DNA of 64,000 nucleotides from Deltaproteobacteria bacterium. GTDB lineage: Bacteria > JAGRBM01 > JAHCIT01. The notes under the pieces were generated by a model. That model had not been told where the DNA came from. It saw nothing but the letters and a program-made list of their open reading frames with translations, and made no database searches. Positions 1-9,694 of this stretch are shown one piece after another. How positions within the stretch are numbered: position 1 is the stretch's first letter; each line of letters begins with the position of its first letter. The position numbers and the translations under genes were made by a program. The stretch is taken from positions 62,001-126,000 of the forward strand of contig JAHCIT010000010.1 of assembly GCA_026129095.1 (NCBI GenBank), in the 5' to 3' direction.

Positions 1-568
1 CCACAGTGCCGGAAAGTTCGATACGAAAGCGGCGGTGGCGATACTGGGGCCCGCAGTCGCTGGTTCCCTTGCCGGCTCGGTGGCCGCAGCCTGGCTTCCC
101 CCAGGAATCCTCAAACCCGCTCTGCTGGTTTCGATGGTGGCGATCACGGTCCTCGTTGTTGCCCGTCCCGACTGGATGACTCCGCCGGAGGATCAGCGGC
201 CCTATACCGTGGCAGAGCGGCCGTCGGCGGTCTTCTGGCTGTTTGGTGTCGGAGTTTACGGCGGCTTCGTGCAGGGTGGGGTTGGCTTCCTGTCGCTGAT
301 GCTGCTGTGCGGACTGCTTCGTTATGATCTTGTCCGTGCCCACGCGCTCAAGATTGCCATTTCTGGAGTATTCGGTGTCGTGCCACTGGCGGTGTTCCTG
401 TTCGCCGGGCAGGTCCTCTGGATACCCGGGCTCATACTCGCCGCAGCGACCGTAGTGGGCTCGCGTCTGGGTGTCCGGTTCGCCATCGGTGCCAGCCAGC
501 AGGCACTGAGATGGTTTCTGCTCGTCGCCGTCGTCGTGGCGACAGCGGCGGCGTTCATAAAAGGGTAG
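1..568 (+). CDS. Sulfite exporter TauE/SafE family membrane protein (5'-truncated by window edge)
   Basis: Frame is open to the window edge. Hydrophobic, with TauE-like motifs GVYGGFVQGGVG and GSRLGVRFA. Confidence 0.8.
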   Translation, partial: HSAGKFDTKAAVAILGPAVAGSLAGSVAAAWLPPGILKPALLVSMVAITVLVVARPDWMTPPEDQRPYTVAERPSAVFWLFGVGVYGGFVQGGVGFLSLMLLCGLLRYDLVRAHALKIAISGVFGVVPLAVFLFAGQVLWIPGLILAAATVVGSRLGVRFAIGASQQALRWFLLVAVVVATAAAFIKG

Positions 569-2755
569 TTACGCCCTTACCACTTCCACCGGTACACCGT
601 TCAGGATGGCGTTGCCGACAATCGGTTCCAGCAGCCTGTCATCGGTGAGATCGTTGCAGCTCACCCCGGCAAATTCGCTGGCGACGCCAAGTTTGACACC
701 TGGCCGTGCATGGCCCCATCCGTGGGGCAGACTCACGACTCCGGGCAGTATCTCGTCGGAAACAGCAATCTTCGTTGTGACTTCTCCCACGCGGCTTTTG
801 ATACGGACACTGTCGTGATTCCTGAAACCGAGCCTTTCGGCATCGTCCGGGTGCATGATGAGATCGCACCGGACGCCGCCTTTCACCAGCGATCTGGCGT
901 TGTGGGCCCAGGAGTTGTTAGTCCGCAGGTCACGGCGGCCAATCAGCAGCAGCTTGCCGTTGGGCTTCTGCCCGTTGGCCGCAGCGAGTTCACGCATCTG
1001 GCCTTCCAGGCGCCTGAGCTCGCCGAGCATCAGCTCGTGATCAAGGTGGATTTTCCGGTCCTTGCTCTGCAGCACCCGGTCGAGCGCGGGGCGAAGCGGC
1101 CCCAGATCTATTCCCTTGGGATTTTCCTCCAGCTTTTTCAGCGACAGGCCGCGCTTCCACGGCAGGAACTTGTCGCCATAGGGACCGGTGCGGAGCAGAA
1201 GATCCAGGATCGTTCGCGGAGTGGGCATCACCTTTGCCATCCGGGCGGCCCTTGCCGCCAGTTTTGCGGCCGGGTTTTTCGACTTTTTCTCGATGAGGCG
1301 CAGGTTTAGGTCAGTAAGGATATCCGATTCATGCATCGTGCCGGGTTCGGGCTCCAGCACCGGCGGGGAGTATTTCGTCGTATTCCGGACTGCGAACATA
1401 TGGAAAGCGAACTCGTAGTTGTCGTGCTCCAGTGACCACGTGGGCGGCAGGATAATGTGCGCGTGGCGGGTGGTTTCGTTGGTGTAGATGTCGAATGCCA
1501 CATAGAACTCAAGCTGGCTGAACGCCTTGTCGAGCTGGTTGCCATTCGGCGTGGAGAGCACCGGATTACCTGCGATCGTGACCATGCCGCGTATCTGCCC
1601 GTCACCGGGGGTGAGAATCTCCTCGGCGAGACAGGCGACCGGCAGTTCGCCGTTGAACTCCGGGACGCCACGTACCCGGCTCCGCCAGACGTCGCGGTGA
1701 CCCTGAAGCCCCAGACGCGGGGCGTTGGGGAGCAGATCCACCGCCGGATGGGTGAACATGGCACCGCCCTCGCGGTCCAGGTTACCTGTGACCAGATTGA
1801 GCGCATCCACCAGCCACGACGAAAGCGTGCCGAACTCGTGCAGACAGGTGCCGATGCGGCCGTAGCAGACGGCCGATGGCGCACCGGCGAAGTCCCGTGC
1901 GAGTTGCCGGATCTTTTCGGCGGGGAGGTCCAGCGCCGGAGCCACGGCTTCCGGCGTAAAAGGAACCGTTTTCGATCTCACGGCGTCAAGGCCGGTCGTC
2001 AGCCGCATCGCGGGGCTGTCTTTCTCCAGCTTTTCAGCGAAGATCGTGTTTAGAATTGCCGCGATCAGCAGCGCATCTGACCCTGGCCGGATGGCGATGT
2101 GGTCATTGGCGAGCCTGGCGGTTTCGGTGCGCCGCGGGTCCACGACGACGATCTTCCCGCCTCGCCGCTGGATGTCCTTGAGACGCGTACGGATATCGGG
2201 CGCAGTCATGATCGAGCCGTTGGAGGTCATGGGGTTGGCGCCAAGGACCAGCAGAAACTGGGTGCGGTCCAGGTCTGGTATGGGCATCGAAAGGATGTTG
2301 CCGAACAGGAACAGGCTGGAGGCGTGCTTGGGGTTCTGGTCCACCGAGCTTGCCGAAAACTTGTTCTTCGTGTGCAGGGTCTTGAGTAGCTGGATGCCGA
2401 ACATCGCCGTCCCGAAGTTATGGGCCGACGGATTACCCATGTAGGCGGCGACGGCGTTCTCGCCGTGCCGCTTCTGGATGCCGGCGAGCTTCTCCGCCGT
2501 CTCGGAAAGCGCCTCTTCCCACGAAATCCGCTGCCAGCCGCTCGCCGTTCGCCGCATGGGGAATTTCAGGCGGTCAGGGTCTTCCTGTATCTCCTTCAGG
2601 GCGAATGCCTTGGGACAGATATGGCCGCGGCTGAAGGGGTCGTTCTCGTCGGCACGGATCTTGACGACCCGGTTGTCCTCCACGTCAATCAGAAGGCCGC
2701 ATGTTGCCTCGCACAGGTTGCAGGTCTTGTGAACGGTTCTTGCTTCGCTCGTCAT
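569..2755 (-). CDS. Molybdopterin (bis-MGD) oxidoreductase catalytic subunit, DMSO-reductase superfamily, cytoplasmic
   Basis: N-terminal CNLCEATC...C 4Fe-4S motif, VVVDPRRTETA, C-terminal MHPDDA...LPHGWG dinucleotide-binding domain. No Tat signal. ATG at 2755. Confidence 0.9.
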   Translation of the reverse strand: MTSEARTVHKTCNLCEATCGLLIDVEDNRVVKIRADENDPFSRGHICPKAFALKEIQEDPDRLKFPMRRTASGWQRISWEEALSETAEKLAGIQKRHGENAVAAYMGNPSAHNFGTAMFGIQLLKTLHTKNKFSASSVDQNPKHASSLFLFGNILSMPIPDLDRTQFLLVLGANPMTSNGSIMTAPDIRTRLKDIQRRGGKIVVVDPRRTETARLANDHIAIRPGSDALLIAAILNTIFAEKLEKDSPAMRLTTGLDAVRSKTVPFTPEAVAPALDLPAEKIRQLARDFAGAPSAVCYGRIGTCLHEFGTLSSWLVDALNLVTGNLDREGGAMFTHPAVDLLPNAPRLGLQGHRDVWRSRVRGVPEFNGELPVACLAEEILTPGDGQIRGMVTIAGNPVLSTPNGNQLDKAFSQLEFYVAFDIYTNETTRHAHIILPPTWSLEHDNYEFAFHMFAVRNTTKYSPPVLEPEPGTMHESDILTDLNLRLIEKKSKNPAAKLAARAARMAKVMPTPRTILDLLLRTGPYGDKFLPWKRGLSLKKLEENPKGIDLGPLRPALDRVLQSKDRKIHLDHELMLGELRRLEGQMRELAAANGQKPNGKLLLIGRRDLRTNNSWAHNARSLVKGGVRCDLIMHPDDAERLGFRNHDSVRIKSRVGEVTTKIAVSDEILPGVVSLPHGWGHARPGVKLGVASEFAGVSCNDLTDDRLLEPIVGNAILNGVPVEVVRA

Positions 2756-2854
2756 GACGGTCCCCCCAAGGTTCAACAGGGAAAGCCTAGCCCGGTCCGG
2801 CGGCTAAAGGGGAGGGGGCCCGGAAAGAGCATGGGGGCAACAGGAGGGAGAGTG

Positions 2855-3127
2855 CTACACCCGGTCCATCCACACGAGTACGCCGATCACTATAAAAGCT
2901 GTCCCGGCGATTTTCTTCAGGACCGGAGCGGGGATGGCGCGAGTGAGTGCCTCGCCGAACAGGACGCCGAGGAGCGTGACGACAACGAGTGCGAGACTCG
3001 CGCCCAGAAATACGGCGACAGGCTTGTGGGTTTCAGAAACGGCGGTAATGGCGGCGAGTTGGGTCTTGTCTCCAAGCTCGGCAAGAAAGATGACGCCAAA
3101 GGTGGCGCTAAATACCTTCCAGTCCAT
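2855..3127 (-). CDS. TMEM165/GDT1 (UPF0016) family Ca/Mn transporter, single-domain form
   Basis: Signature FLAELGDKTQL, three TM segments, AAGGAG RBS upstream of ATG 3127. Confidence 0.9.
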   Translation of the reverse strand: MDWKVFSATFGVIFLAELGDKTQLAAITAVSETHKPVAVFLGASLALVVVTLLGVLFGEALTRAIPAPVLKKIAGTAFIVIGVLVWMDRV

Positions 3128-3298
3128 AAAACAGGCTCCTTCGTGGACATGCCGGGCCAAACCGCAGCAGCCAGCAACAATAGCGGGCTGAAGCTGGGAA
3201 ATCCTTAGCGATTCCACCGGGCTGTAAACTTTTAACAAATCCCTGTGAGCCGTCTCGCAGGTCATTGCTGGGCCGTGGCATACTGCCGTTAAGTATAT

Positions 3299-6200
3299 AT
3301 GGACGGGTTTTCTCGTTTGAACAGGCTCTCGCAGCAGGGCTGCGGACGTTGGCGTACGGCCCGGTGGCTGGCCGCGATGGCCTTGTTCGCGCACACGATG
3401 GCCTGTGGTGGGCGCTTGCCTGAAATACCTGTCGAGCCCGAAGCTGTCTCCGTCGGCGCCTTTCTGGTGAAGCCCTATACCGGTTCGACACCGCCAGCCT
3501 GTGACGCCTCTGCGCCGCCGGCGTTCGGTCCACTGGCGGCCGGTGATGCCTACAACGTGCTGGTGGTTGCCCTGGGAGAGGGTGGCAGCGGGTTCTCCCC
3601 GGTCTTCAATGGCCTTGTGGAGCTTTCCAGCTCAGATCCCAACGACGGAACGACTGCGCCACGTGCGGCATCTGGCGGGTGCGTCACCTTCCTGAACCAG
3701 CGGGCCGTCACGGCAGGGACCGGCCTCACCATCACCGCTGACACACCGGCGGTCCGTGGCGCACGCAGTCCCAGCGCACCGTTCGATGTGACACTGGGGC
3801 CGGCGGCCCGCCTTGCGGTCCGGGTGCTGGGCATCAGTCCCGGTGATCCGCTCAATCCGGCGCAGGTGATCCTGCCGTCGGCTACCGGCCCGCAGGTTGT
3901 GGGCAGCCCGCTGGGCTTGAGGGCCGGGGTGCCATTCGACGTCGAGGTGATCGTGACCGATGCTCTCGGCAATACGGTTGTAGATACGCCTACGGTGTCG
4001 GTCGAAGCCCCGTTCGACCCGAATGTCGCGCCTCAGTTGGGTGCTCCCGGCATCTATACCATGACGATCTACCGGGCTGCGCCTACCCAGCGGGTGAGCG
4101 TAGTTGACCAGGCACTCTTGCTTGCCCGGGGGGATACGGCATTTTTTGCTGTCGGCGCCGAGCCGGGTGGTGCGGCAGAACTGGCTGTTGCCCTGCCGGG
4201 GCAGGTGATCCAGCCGACACCGGGCGGTTTCCTTCTGACCCCGTTTGCCAACACTCTCAAGGTGGGACAGAGCTTTTCCGTCCGGGTGGCGGCGGTCGAT
4301 ATTTTTGGCAACGTGGTTTCCGCAGCTACAGATACCATCGAGCTTTTCAACACGTCGGCACCCGGCACGCAGATACCGGTCAGCCGCCTGAACCTCACTC
4401 TTGGGCAGGCATCGTTCACGGTGGCAGCGCGCTCGGCGCAGGCAGGCCAGCAGCTTGATGCCTCGGGTAACGTGCTCCCTGTTGCTTCATCTGAAATGTT
4501 TGATATCGATCCACCTGATCCGGTCCTGCTGACGCTGAACTTTACGGGTGTTACGCCGGGACAGGCATATCTGGGTGGCCCTGCCGCCTACAGGCTGGAT
4601 GCAGCCGCGCAGACACCGACCCCCACGGAAACCGGCGAGGAGTTCACCTCGGCCGACTACCGCGCCGTTAAGGTGGCGGGCGACGGCCTCGTCACGTCGT
4701 CAGGGGCACCCGACACGCCGCGCCGTCTGCTGCGCCTTGGCGGGGCTCCAACAGCCGAGTTCATGTTCCCGTCCCGGACAGGTACGTCCTGCGCGTATGA
4801 TTCGGCGCGTTCCCAGATGGTCCTGTTCGGCGGCCAGAACGGCTTCGACCTGTTCGAGGACACCTGGGAATGGGATGGCAGTGTCTTGCAGCAGGTTTCG
4901 CCGGGGAGTGCCGGGGATACGCGACCCGAAGCACGCACGGCACACGGTATGGCCTACGTACCCGGAATGGGAGTGGCGGTATTCGGCGGTCTTACGGCAC
5001 GCGAGCGGGTCAACGACCTGTGGTTTTGGGATGGCGCCACGTGGATGCAACCCGCCCAGACAGGTGCGCCGTCCCCCCGGCTGGGTGCGGCGGTTTCCTA
5101 TGACCAGAATGCGGGCGTACTTATTGTGTTCGGCGGCGAGACGGCCACGGGTGATAGTGCCGAGTTATGGGCATGGGATGGTGCGGCATGGTCGCTCCAG
5201 CCAGTGACCGGACCACCACCGGGAGCGCGTGCTGGTGCGAAGCTGGTGTATGATCCGGTCCGTGCAACACATGTGCTGGCTGGGGGGCGTTCGCCGTCCG
5301 GGCTTGCGCAGGATCATTACGAGCTTTCCTATTCCGGTGTCTGGCCTGGCGGTACCTGGATATGGGCCAGGCGCAACGGGGTTGATATCAGTACCGTCCC
5401 ACCCGGCCGGACTTCACACGTAGCCGTGTTCGATACCGGCCGGGAAGTGGTCATGGTGCAGGGCGGGATTACCGGTTCAACCAATCCGGCGGTCGCTGCA
5501 AATCTGTGGGAGTTCGACGAGAACAGCATCAATGGCCCCGAGTGGGCGACCTCGGGCGGCGCCGGTGGGCTGCCGCCGCTTTCCGGAGCAGCCGGCTGCT
5601 TTGACGAGATACGCGGCGTACTCGTGGTGGCAGGTGGCGGTATGCCTTCGGCTGCACTGAACCGCAGTATTTACCGATGGAATTCAGCCACACGGCTGGC
5701 CGTAACCGACCTTGCCCCAGGCAGTGCCGGGCCTTCTGAACGGGGTGGCGCGGCAATGGCCTACATGCCCGATGATGAAAGCGGATTTGCGATCGGCCGG
5801 ATCCTGCTGTTCGGTGGGCGTGATGGCACAAGCGGCACGCTCCGGAACGACTTGTGGATGTTCGACGGGAATCTCTGGTCGCCCGTGGCTGTGGAGAGCG
5901 ATGGAACGTCATTCCCGCCGCCCATGTCTGGCGCGAACCTGTCGTTTGACTCCGGCCGCGGACGCCTGGTGTTGTATGGCGGCACCGCTGCCCATGGCCC
6001 GGTCCGGCAGATATGGGATCTCCGGCGGGTGCCAGTGCCGCTGACGGGAATCCAGTTCCGGATGAATGCGGATGAGCTGATCGTGGAGTCCGGTGACGGC
6101 AATTTGGTGGCGGAACTTTCGCCCGGGGAATTTGTCGAGGTAGATGGAACCAGTGCCGTCGTGTCCGAAGTGGTTAACGGCAACCTGGCACGGCTTTCGA

Positions 6201-7252
6201 CTGTAGTTGCCGATACCGGATCGCAGCCATCAGCGAATCGGCTTTTGTGGCAGTTCAGCGCATGGGTAGATCCGGGTGCGGGCGGGTTCGGGCTTCCGCC
6301 GGAAAGGCATGGCGCCGCCTCGGCGTACGACGAGGTAAACGGAAGTATCGTGGTTTTTGGAGGCGCTCTTACCAGCGGACTGTCCGCCGAGACGTGGCTC
6401 TGGGACGGTTCGGCATGGTCTTTTGTTCCAGTATCGGGATTTCCCCGGCCGCGCCACCGCGAGGGAGCAGCGATGGCGTTCGATCCGGTATCGGGCGCCG
6501 TGCTTCTGTTCGGTGGACAGGGAACTTCCGGCCTGCTCAGCGACACCTGGTTGTGGGACGGCGAGTATTGGACCGTGCTGGCGACGACCGGTTCCACGCC
6601 ACCTCCCATGCGCGACGCTTCGCTTGCGCGGGCCGGCGGACTGGGGCTCATACTGGCCGGAGGAACGGATGCATCCGGGGCCTCCGTACCGGGTGAGTGG
6701 TTCTGGGATGGGATGGACTGGCATCAGCTCGGCACGTTTGATTCATCCGCTGGCCGTGGGCTCGCGGCGGTCGCCTATGATGAAATGACCGAGATGGTAG
6801 TGATCGCCGGGGGAACCGGAGGCACCGCCAGCGAGACGATCCTGTTCCCGCTGCCGCAGGCAAACCCTTGGGAAGCGGGCCGGTTTGCCGTTGAACTCTA
6901 TGAGTTTCCGGTGAACCTGCCTTCATCGACAGTCGTGACCAATGTGGCGGTCACAGTGCGGGGTGCAGGCCGCGGCAGCGGTGGAGACGGGACCGACGTC
7001 TACGTCCAGGATAGCAGCGGGGCATGGACCTACGCCGGAGGTCACAGCGAAGCGCCAAGGCTTTGTGCACACGATGCCGATCCGGGCCAGTGTGCGCTGG
7101 ATCGGACGATCACTGCGTCCCTGCCCGGATCCGGCCATATCCGGAGGGGCCGGGTTCATGTGGCCGTCTCCTCGGCGTCCAGTTCGTCAGCAATGGTTCG
7201 AGCGCTTCAGTCTACCGACTTCATCGAAGTTGTGGTCAGCTATCTTCCCTGA
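3299..7252 (+). CDS. Large exported (probable lipo-) protein with Ig-like beta-sandwich region and 12 kelch-type repeats
   Basis: 1317 aa. N-terminal signal ending TMAC. Twelve hydrophobic-GG motifs, many followed by WxWDG. Confidence 0.8.
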   Translation: MDGFSRLNRLSQQGCGRWRTARWLAAMALFAHTMACGGRLPEIPVEPEAVSVGAFLVKPYTGSTPPACDASAPPAFGPLAAGDAYNVLVVALGEGGSGFSPVFNGLVELSSSDPNDGTTAPRAASGGCVTFLNQRAVTAGTGLTITADTPAVRGARSPSAPFDVTLGPAARLAVRVLGISPGDPLNPAQVILPSATGPQVVGSPLGLRAGVPFDVEVIVTDALGNTVVDTPTVSVEAPFDPNVAPQLGAPGIYTMTIYRAAPTQRVSVVDQALLLARGDTAFFAVGAEPGGAAELAVALPGQVIQPTPGGFLLTPFANTLKVGQSFSVRVAAVDIFGNVVSAATDTIELFNTSAPGTQIPVSRLNLTLGQASFTVAARSAQAGQQLDASGNVLPVASSEMFDIDPPDPVLLTLNFTGVTPGQAYLGGPAAYRLDAAAQTPTPTETGEEFTSADYRAVKVAGDGLVTSSGAPDTPRRLLRLGGAPTAEFMFPSRTGTSCAYDSARSQMVLFGGQNGFDLFEDTWEWDGSVLQQVSPGSAGDTRPEARTAHGMAYVPGMGVAVFGGLTARERVNDLWFWDGATWMQPAQTGAPSPRLGAAVSYDQNAGVLIVFGGETATGDSAELWAWDGAAWSLQPVTGPPPGARAGAKLVYDPVRATHVLAGGRSPSGLAQDHYELSYSGVWPGGTWIWARRNGVDISTVPPGRTSHVAVFDTGREVVMVQGGITGSTNPAVAANLWEFDENSINGPEWATSGGAGGLPPLSGAAGCFDEIRGVLVVAGGGMPSAALNRSIYRWNSATRLAVTDLAPGSAGPSERGGAAMAYMPDDESGFAIGRILLFGGRDGTSGTLRNDLWMFDGNLWSPVAVESDGTSFPPPMSGANLSFDSGRGRLVLYGGTAAHGPVRQIWDLRRVPVPLTGIQFRMNADELIVESGDGNLVAELSPGEFVEVDGTSAVVSEVVNGNLARLSTVVADTGSQPSANRLLWQFSAWVDPGAGGFGLPPERHGAASAYDEVNGSIVVFGGALTSGLSAETWLWDGSAWSFVPVSGFPRPRHREGAAMAFDPVSGAVLLFGGQGTSGLLSDTWLWDGEYWTVLATTGSTPPPMRDASLARAGGLGLILAGGTDASGASVPGEWFWDGMDWHQLGTFDSSAGRGLAAVAYDEMTEMVVIAGGTGGTASETILFPLPQANPWEAGRFAVELYEFPVNLPSSTVVTNVAVTVRGAGRGSGGDGTDVYVQDSSGAWTYAGGHSEAPRLCAHDADPGQCALDRTITASLPGSGHIRRGRVHVAVSSASSSSAMVRALQSTDFIEVVVSYLP

Positions 7253-7299
7253 GATGCGGCTTCCATAAGTTGCCAGTGCCTGCCAAGGCCGAAAACCGC

Positions 7300-7327
7300 T
7301 TGAATATTCGCGGCTTCCGCGTAAGAT
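7300..7327 (+). promoter_or_regulatory. Possible sigma70-type promoter for the kinase operon
   Basis: TTGAAT-N16-TAAGAT in the intergenic gap. Confidence 0.35.
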
Positions 7328-7443
7328 ATGATCTATACTTGGAGTGTGAGGGCGCTCGTCCACGTCAGAGTTTGGCGGGACGGCATGATGCTTCCAGGCA
7401 GAGCCATGGGTCTGTCGGGAGCGGAACCGGTGCACCCTCTAAG

Positions 7444-8598
7444 ATGCCTGAAATCCCGTCCACTGCTTCCGATGGCGGCGCAACGGTACAATCGCCGCCA
7501 CAGCCGGCCGCGCAGGCGGTACCGGCAAGTGTGGAACCATCCTTCCGGATTGGCCGTTACGAGATACTTCCGCCCGAACTGGGCAAGGGCGGTATGGGCG
7601 TGGTTTACCGGGCACGGGATCCGCACATCGGTCGGCACATTGCCATCAAGACGATTCCAACGACGGTAACACCGGATCACGAGCACTTCGAGGAATTCCG
7701 CCGCCGTCTCTTCCGCGAAGCACAGGCCGCGGGAAAGCTTAACCATGCAAATATCGTCACGGTATACGATGTGGGCGAGGCCGACGGCCAGCTCTATGTC
7801 GTGATGGAACTGATTGACGGCCGTTCGCTTGACAAGGTGATCCGCGCTGGCGAGGCCCCTCCTGCGGATGAAGTGTTTCATTTCATCGGTCAGGCAGGAG
7901 CGGCGCTCGACTATGCCCATGCACAGGGGATCATTCACCGTGATATCAAGCCGGCGAACCTGCTGGTGTCAGCGGATCGCCAGCTCAAGGTGGCCGATTT
8001 CGGCATTGCCAAGCTGTCGACGAGTACCATTACCCAGGAGGGCGGCCGCCTCGGTTCTCCGTCGTACATGTCCCCCGAACAGGTGGATGGCCGCGTGATT
8101 GATGGCCGCAGTGATCTCTGGAGCCTTGGTGTGGTTCTTTATCAGCTCCTCACTGGAGAAAAGCCGTTCAAGGGATCAACGGTGGCGGCCATCACTCACC
8201 AGATTGTGAATGGAACATTTGTGCCGCCGTCGGAGCTGAACCCGCGCCTTCCGCGTCGTATTGACCGGATTGTGGAAAAGGCGCTCCAGAAGGAGCCTGA
8301 GCGGCGTTTCCAGTCCGGTGGCCAGCTGGCATCCGAACTCCGGAAGATCGATCTGGACGAACTGCGGGGGCTTAAGCTTTCCTACGCCAAAAAGGGCCGT
8401 GAGGGTTCCGAACCCCGGCGATCCAGGGATTCGACGCCTGTGCCGCTTGCACCCTCGCAGATTGAGAGTGTTTTCCAGAATCTCACCTACAGTGCCCGGA
8501 CCGTTGGTATGGTCAGGACCCGGCAGGACTGGTGGCCGTGGGCTGCACTGGCGGCCGGGACGGCTATTTTGCTGGCCGGCATCTGGCTGATGCGGTAG
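7444..8598 (+). CDS. Hanks-type Ser/Thr protein kinase (PknB-like catalytic domain) with C-terminal membrane anchor
   Basis: LGKGGMGVVY, AIK, HRDIKPAN, DFG, YMSPEQ, SDLWSLG. Hydrophobic C-terminus WWPWAALAAGTAILLAGIWLMR. Start codon approximate. Confidence 0.95.
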   Translation: MPEIPSTASDGGATVQSPPQPAAQAVPASVEPSFRIGRYEILPPELGKGGMGVVYRARDPHIGRHIAIKTIPTTVTPDHEHFEEFRRRLFREAQAAGKLNHANIVTVYDVGEADGQLYVVMELIDGRSLDKVIRAGEAPPADEVFHFIGQAGAALDYAHAQGIIHRDIKPANLLVSADRQLKVADFGIAKLSTSTITQEGGRLGSPSYMSPEQVDGRVIDGRSDLWSLGVVLYQLLTGEKPFKGSTVAAITHQIVNGTFVPPSELNPRLPRRIDRIVEKALQKEPERRFQSGGQLASELRKIDLDELRGLKLSYAKKGREGSEPRRSRDSTPVPLAPSQIESVFQNLTYSARTVGMVRTRQDWWPWAALAAGTAILLAGIWLMR

Positions 8599-8611
8599 GA
8601 GATCCGAACCC

Positions 8612-9691
8612 GTGGTTATCCTCTGCCCCTCCTGCCGCGCCAAGCAGAAGGTCGATGTGAATTCACTCGTGGATGATGGCCTTGTCCGTTGTTCCGAGTG
8701 TTTTAACGTCTTCGTTGTTTCGCTGGAAAACCTGAAGGAGTTGTGGCAGCGCAAACAGGGGCAGGCTGGCGAGGATGCCCGGCTCGCCCGGTTTGAGCGC
8801 GCTGCAGTGGGCGATTATCTGCCCCCGGCACGCCGCCGGGCTCTCAGTGAGGCCCGTTCACTCCAGGAATCTCCAGACGCAATTCTGGACCGAACGGGTT
8901 TCGATGAGAGGTCGCAGGAACCCGACATCGGTGCGGCGACGATCCTGGGGCAGATCGTGAGCGAACCTGACGCCGTGGCGGCCCGGAAAACCGGTGCAAA
9001 GTCGTGGGGAACGCTCGTTGTGATGGACAGCGGCGGAGGGCAGGGCCGTGCGGTTCAGCTCCGGGCATCACCTTTTGTGATCGGTCGTGAAGGATGTGAC
9101 CTGAACCTGCGGGACATCGAGATCAGCCGCCGTCATCTGGAACTGCTCTGGCGGGACGAGCCATTCGCACGCGACCTCGGTTCAACCAACGGTTCGTTTC
9201 TGAACGGGAAACGGATCGGCGAAGTGCAGCTCCGGCATCAGGATCAGATCGAACTGGGACGGTCCCGGATGCTTTTCCTGGCCTCGGAGCCGGTCCGGAT
9301 TGCACCCGTACCGGCTGGGGACTTGCCGGTATCGGAGCTGACGCTCTCGCTGAGCCGGCTCCGGCCAGTGAAAGCGGCCGCACAGGGGGACACCCCGGTC
9401 TGTGCCGGACTTGATGTGATTGAGGGTCCGGATACGGGACGTCACTACCGGTTTGAACAGGCGAGCCTCCTGATCGGGCGTGAAGCCCCCGACATACGGC
9501 TCTCCGACCGGCAGGTTTCCCGCAAGCACTGTCAGGTCGAGCTGCTGTCGCGGGACCAGATATTCGTCAAGGACCTCGCCTCTCGCAACGGAACGGCGGT
9601 TAACGGGGTGATGGTGAAATATGCCCGCCTCGCACCGGGCGACCGGATAACGGTGGGCGATACGACACTTGTGTTCCTGATGGAGGGATGA
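8612..9691 (+). CDS. Zinc-ribbon + double FHA domain protein
   Basis: CPSC...CSEC ribbon. Two FHA signatures: IGR..SRRH..DLGSTNG and IGR..SRKH..DLASRNG. Confidence 0.9.
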   Translation: MVILCPSCRAKQKVDVNSLVDDGLVRCSECFNVFVVSLENLKELWQRKQGQAGEDARLARFERAAVGDYLPPARRRALSEARSLQESPDAILDRTGFDERSQEPDIGAATILGQIVSEPDAVAARKTGAKSWGTLVVMDSGGGQGRAVQLRASPFVIGREGCDLNLRDIEISRRHLELLWRDEPFARDLGSTNGSFLNGKRIGEVQLRHQDQIELGRSRMLFLASEPVRIAPVPAGDLPVSELTLSLSRLRPVKAAAQGDTPVCAGLDVIEGPDTGRHYRFEQASLLIGREAPDIRLSDRQVSRKHCQVELLSRDQIFVKDLASRNGTAVNGVMVKYARLAPGDRITVGDTTLVFLMEG

Positions 9692-9694
9692 CCA

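Noticed and set aside
3128-3298. Possible yybP-ykoY Mn riboswitch upstream of the TMEM165 gene
   Set aside because: Expected from context, but the GGGGAGUA core is not recognisable. An Infernal search would be needed.
7024-7443. N-terminal extension of the kinase ORF
   Set aside because: Overlaps the kelch gene and a probable promoter; non-protein-like composition.
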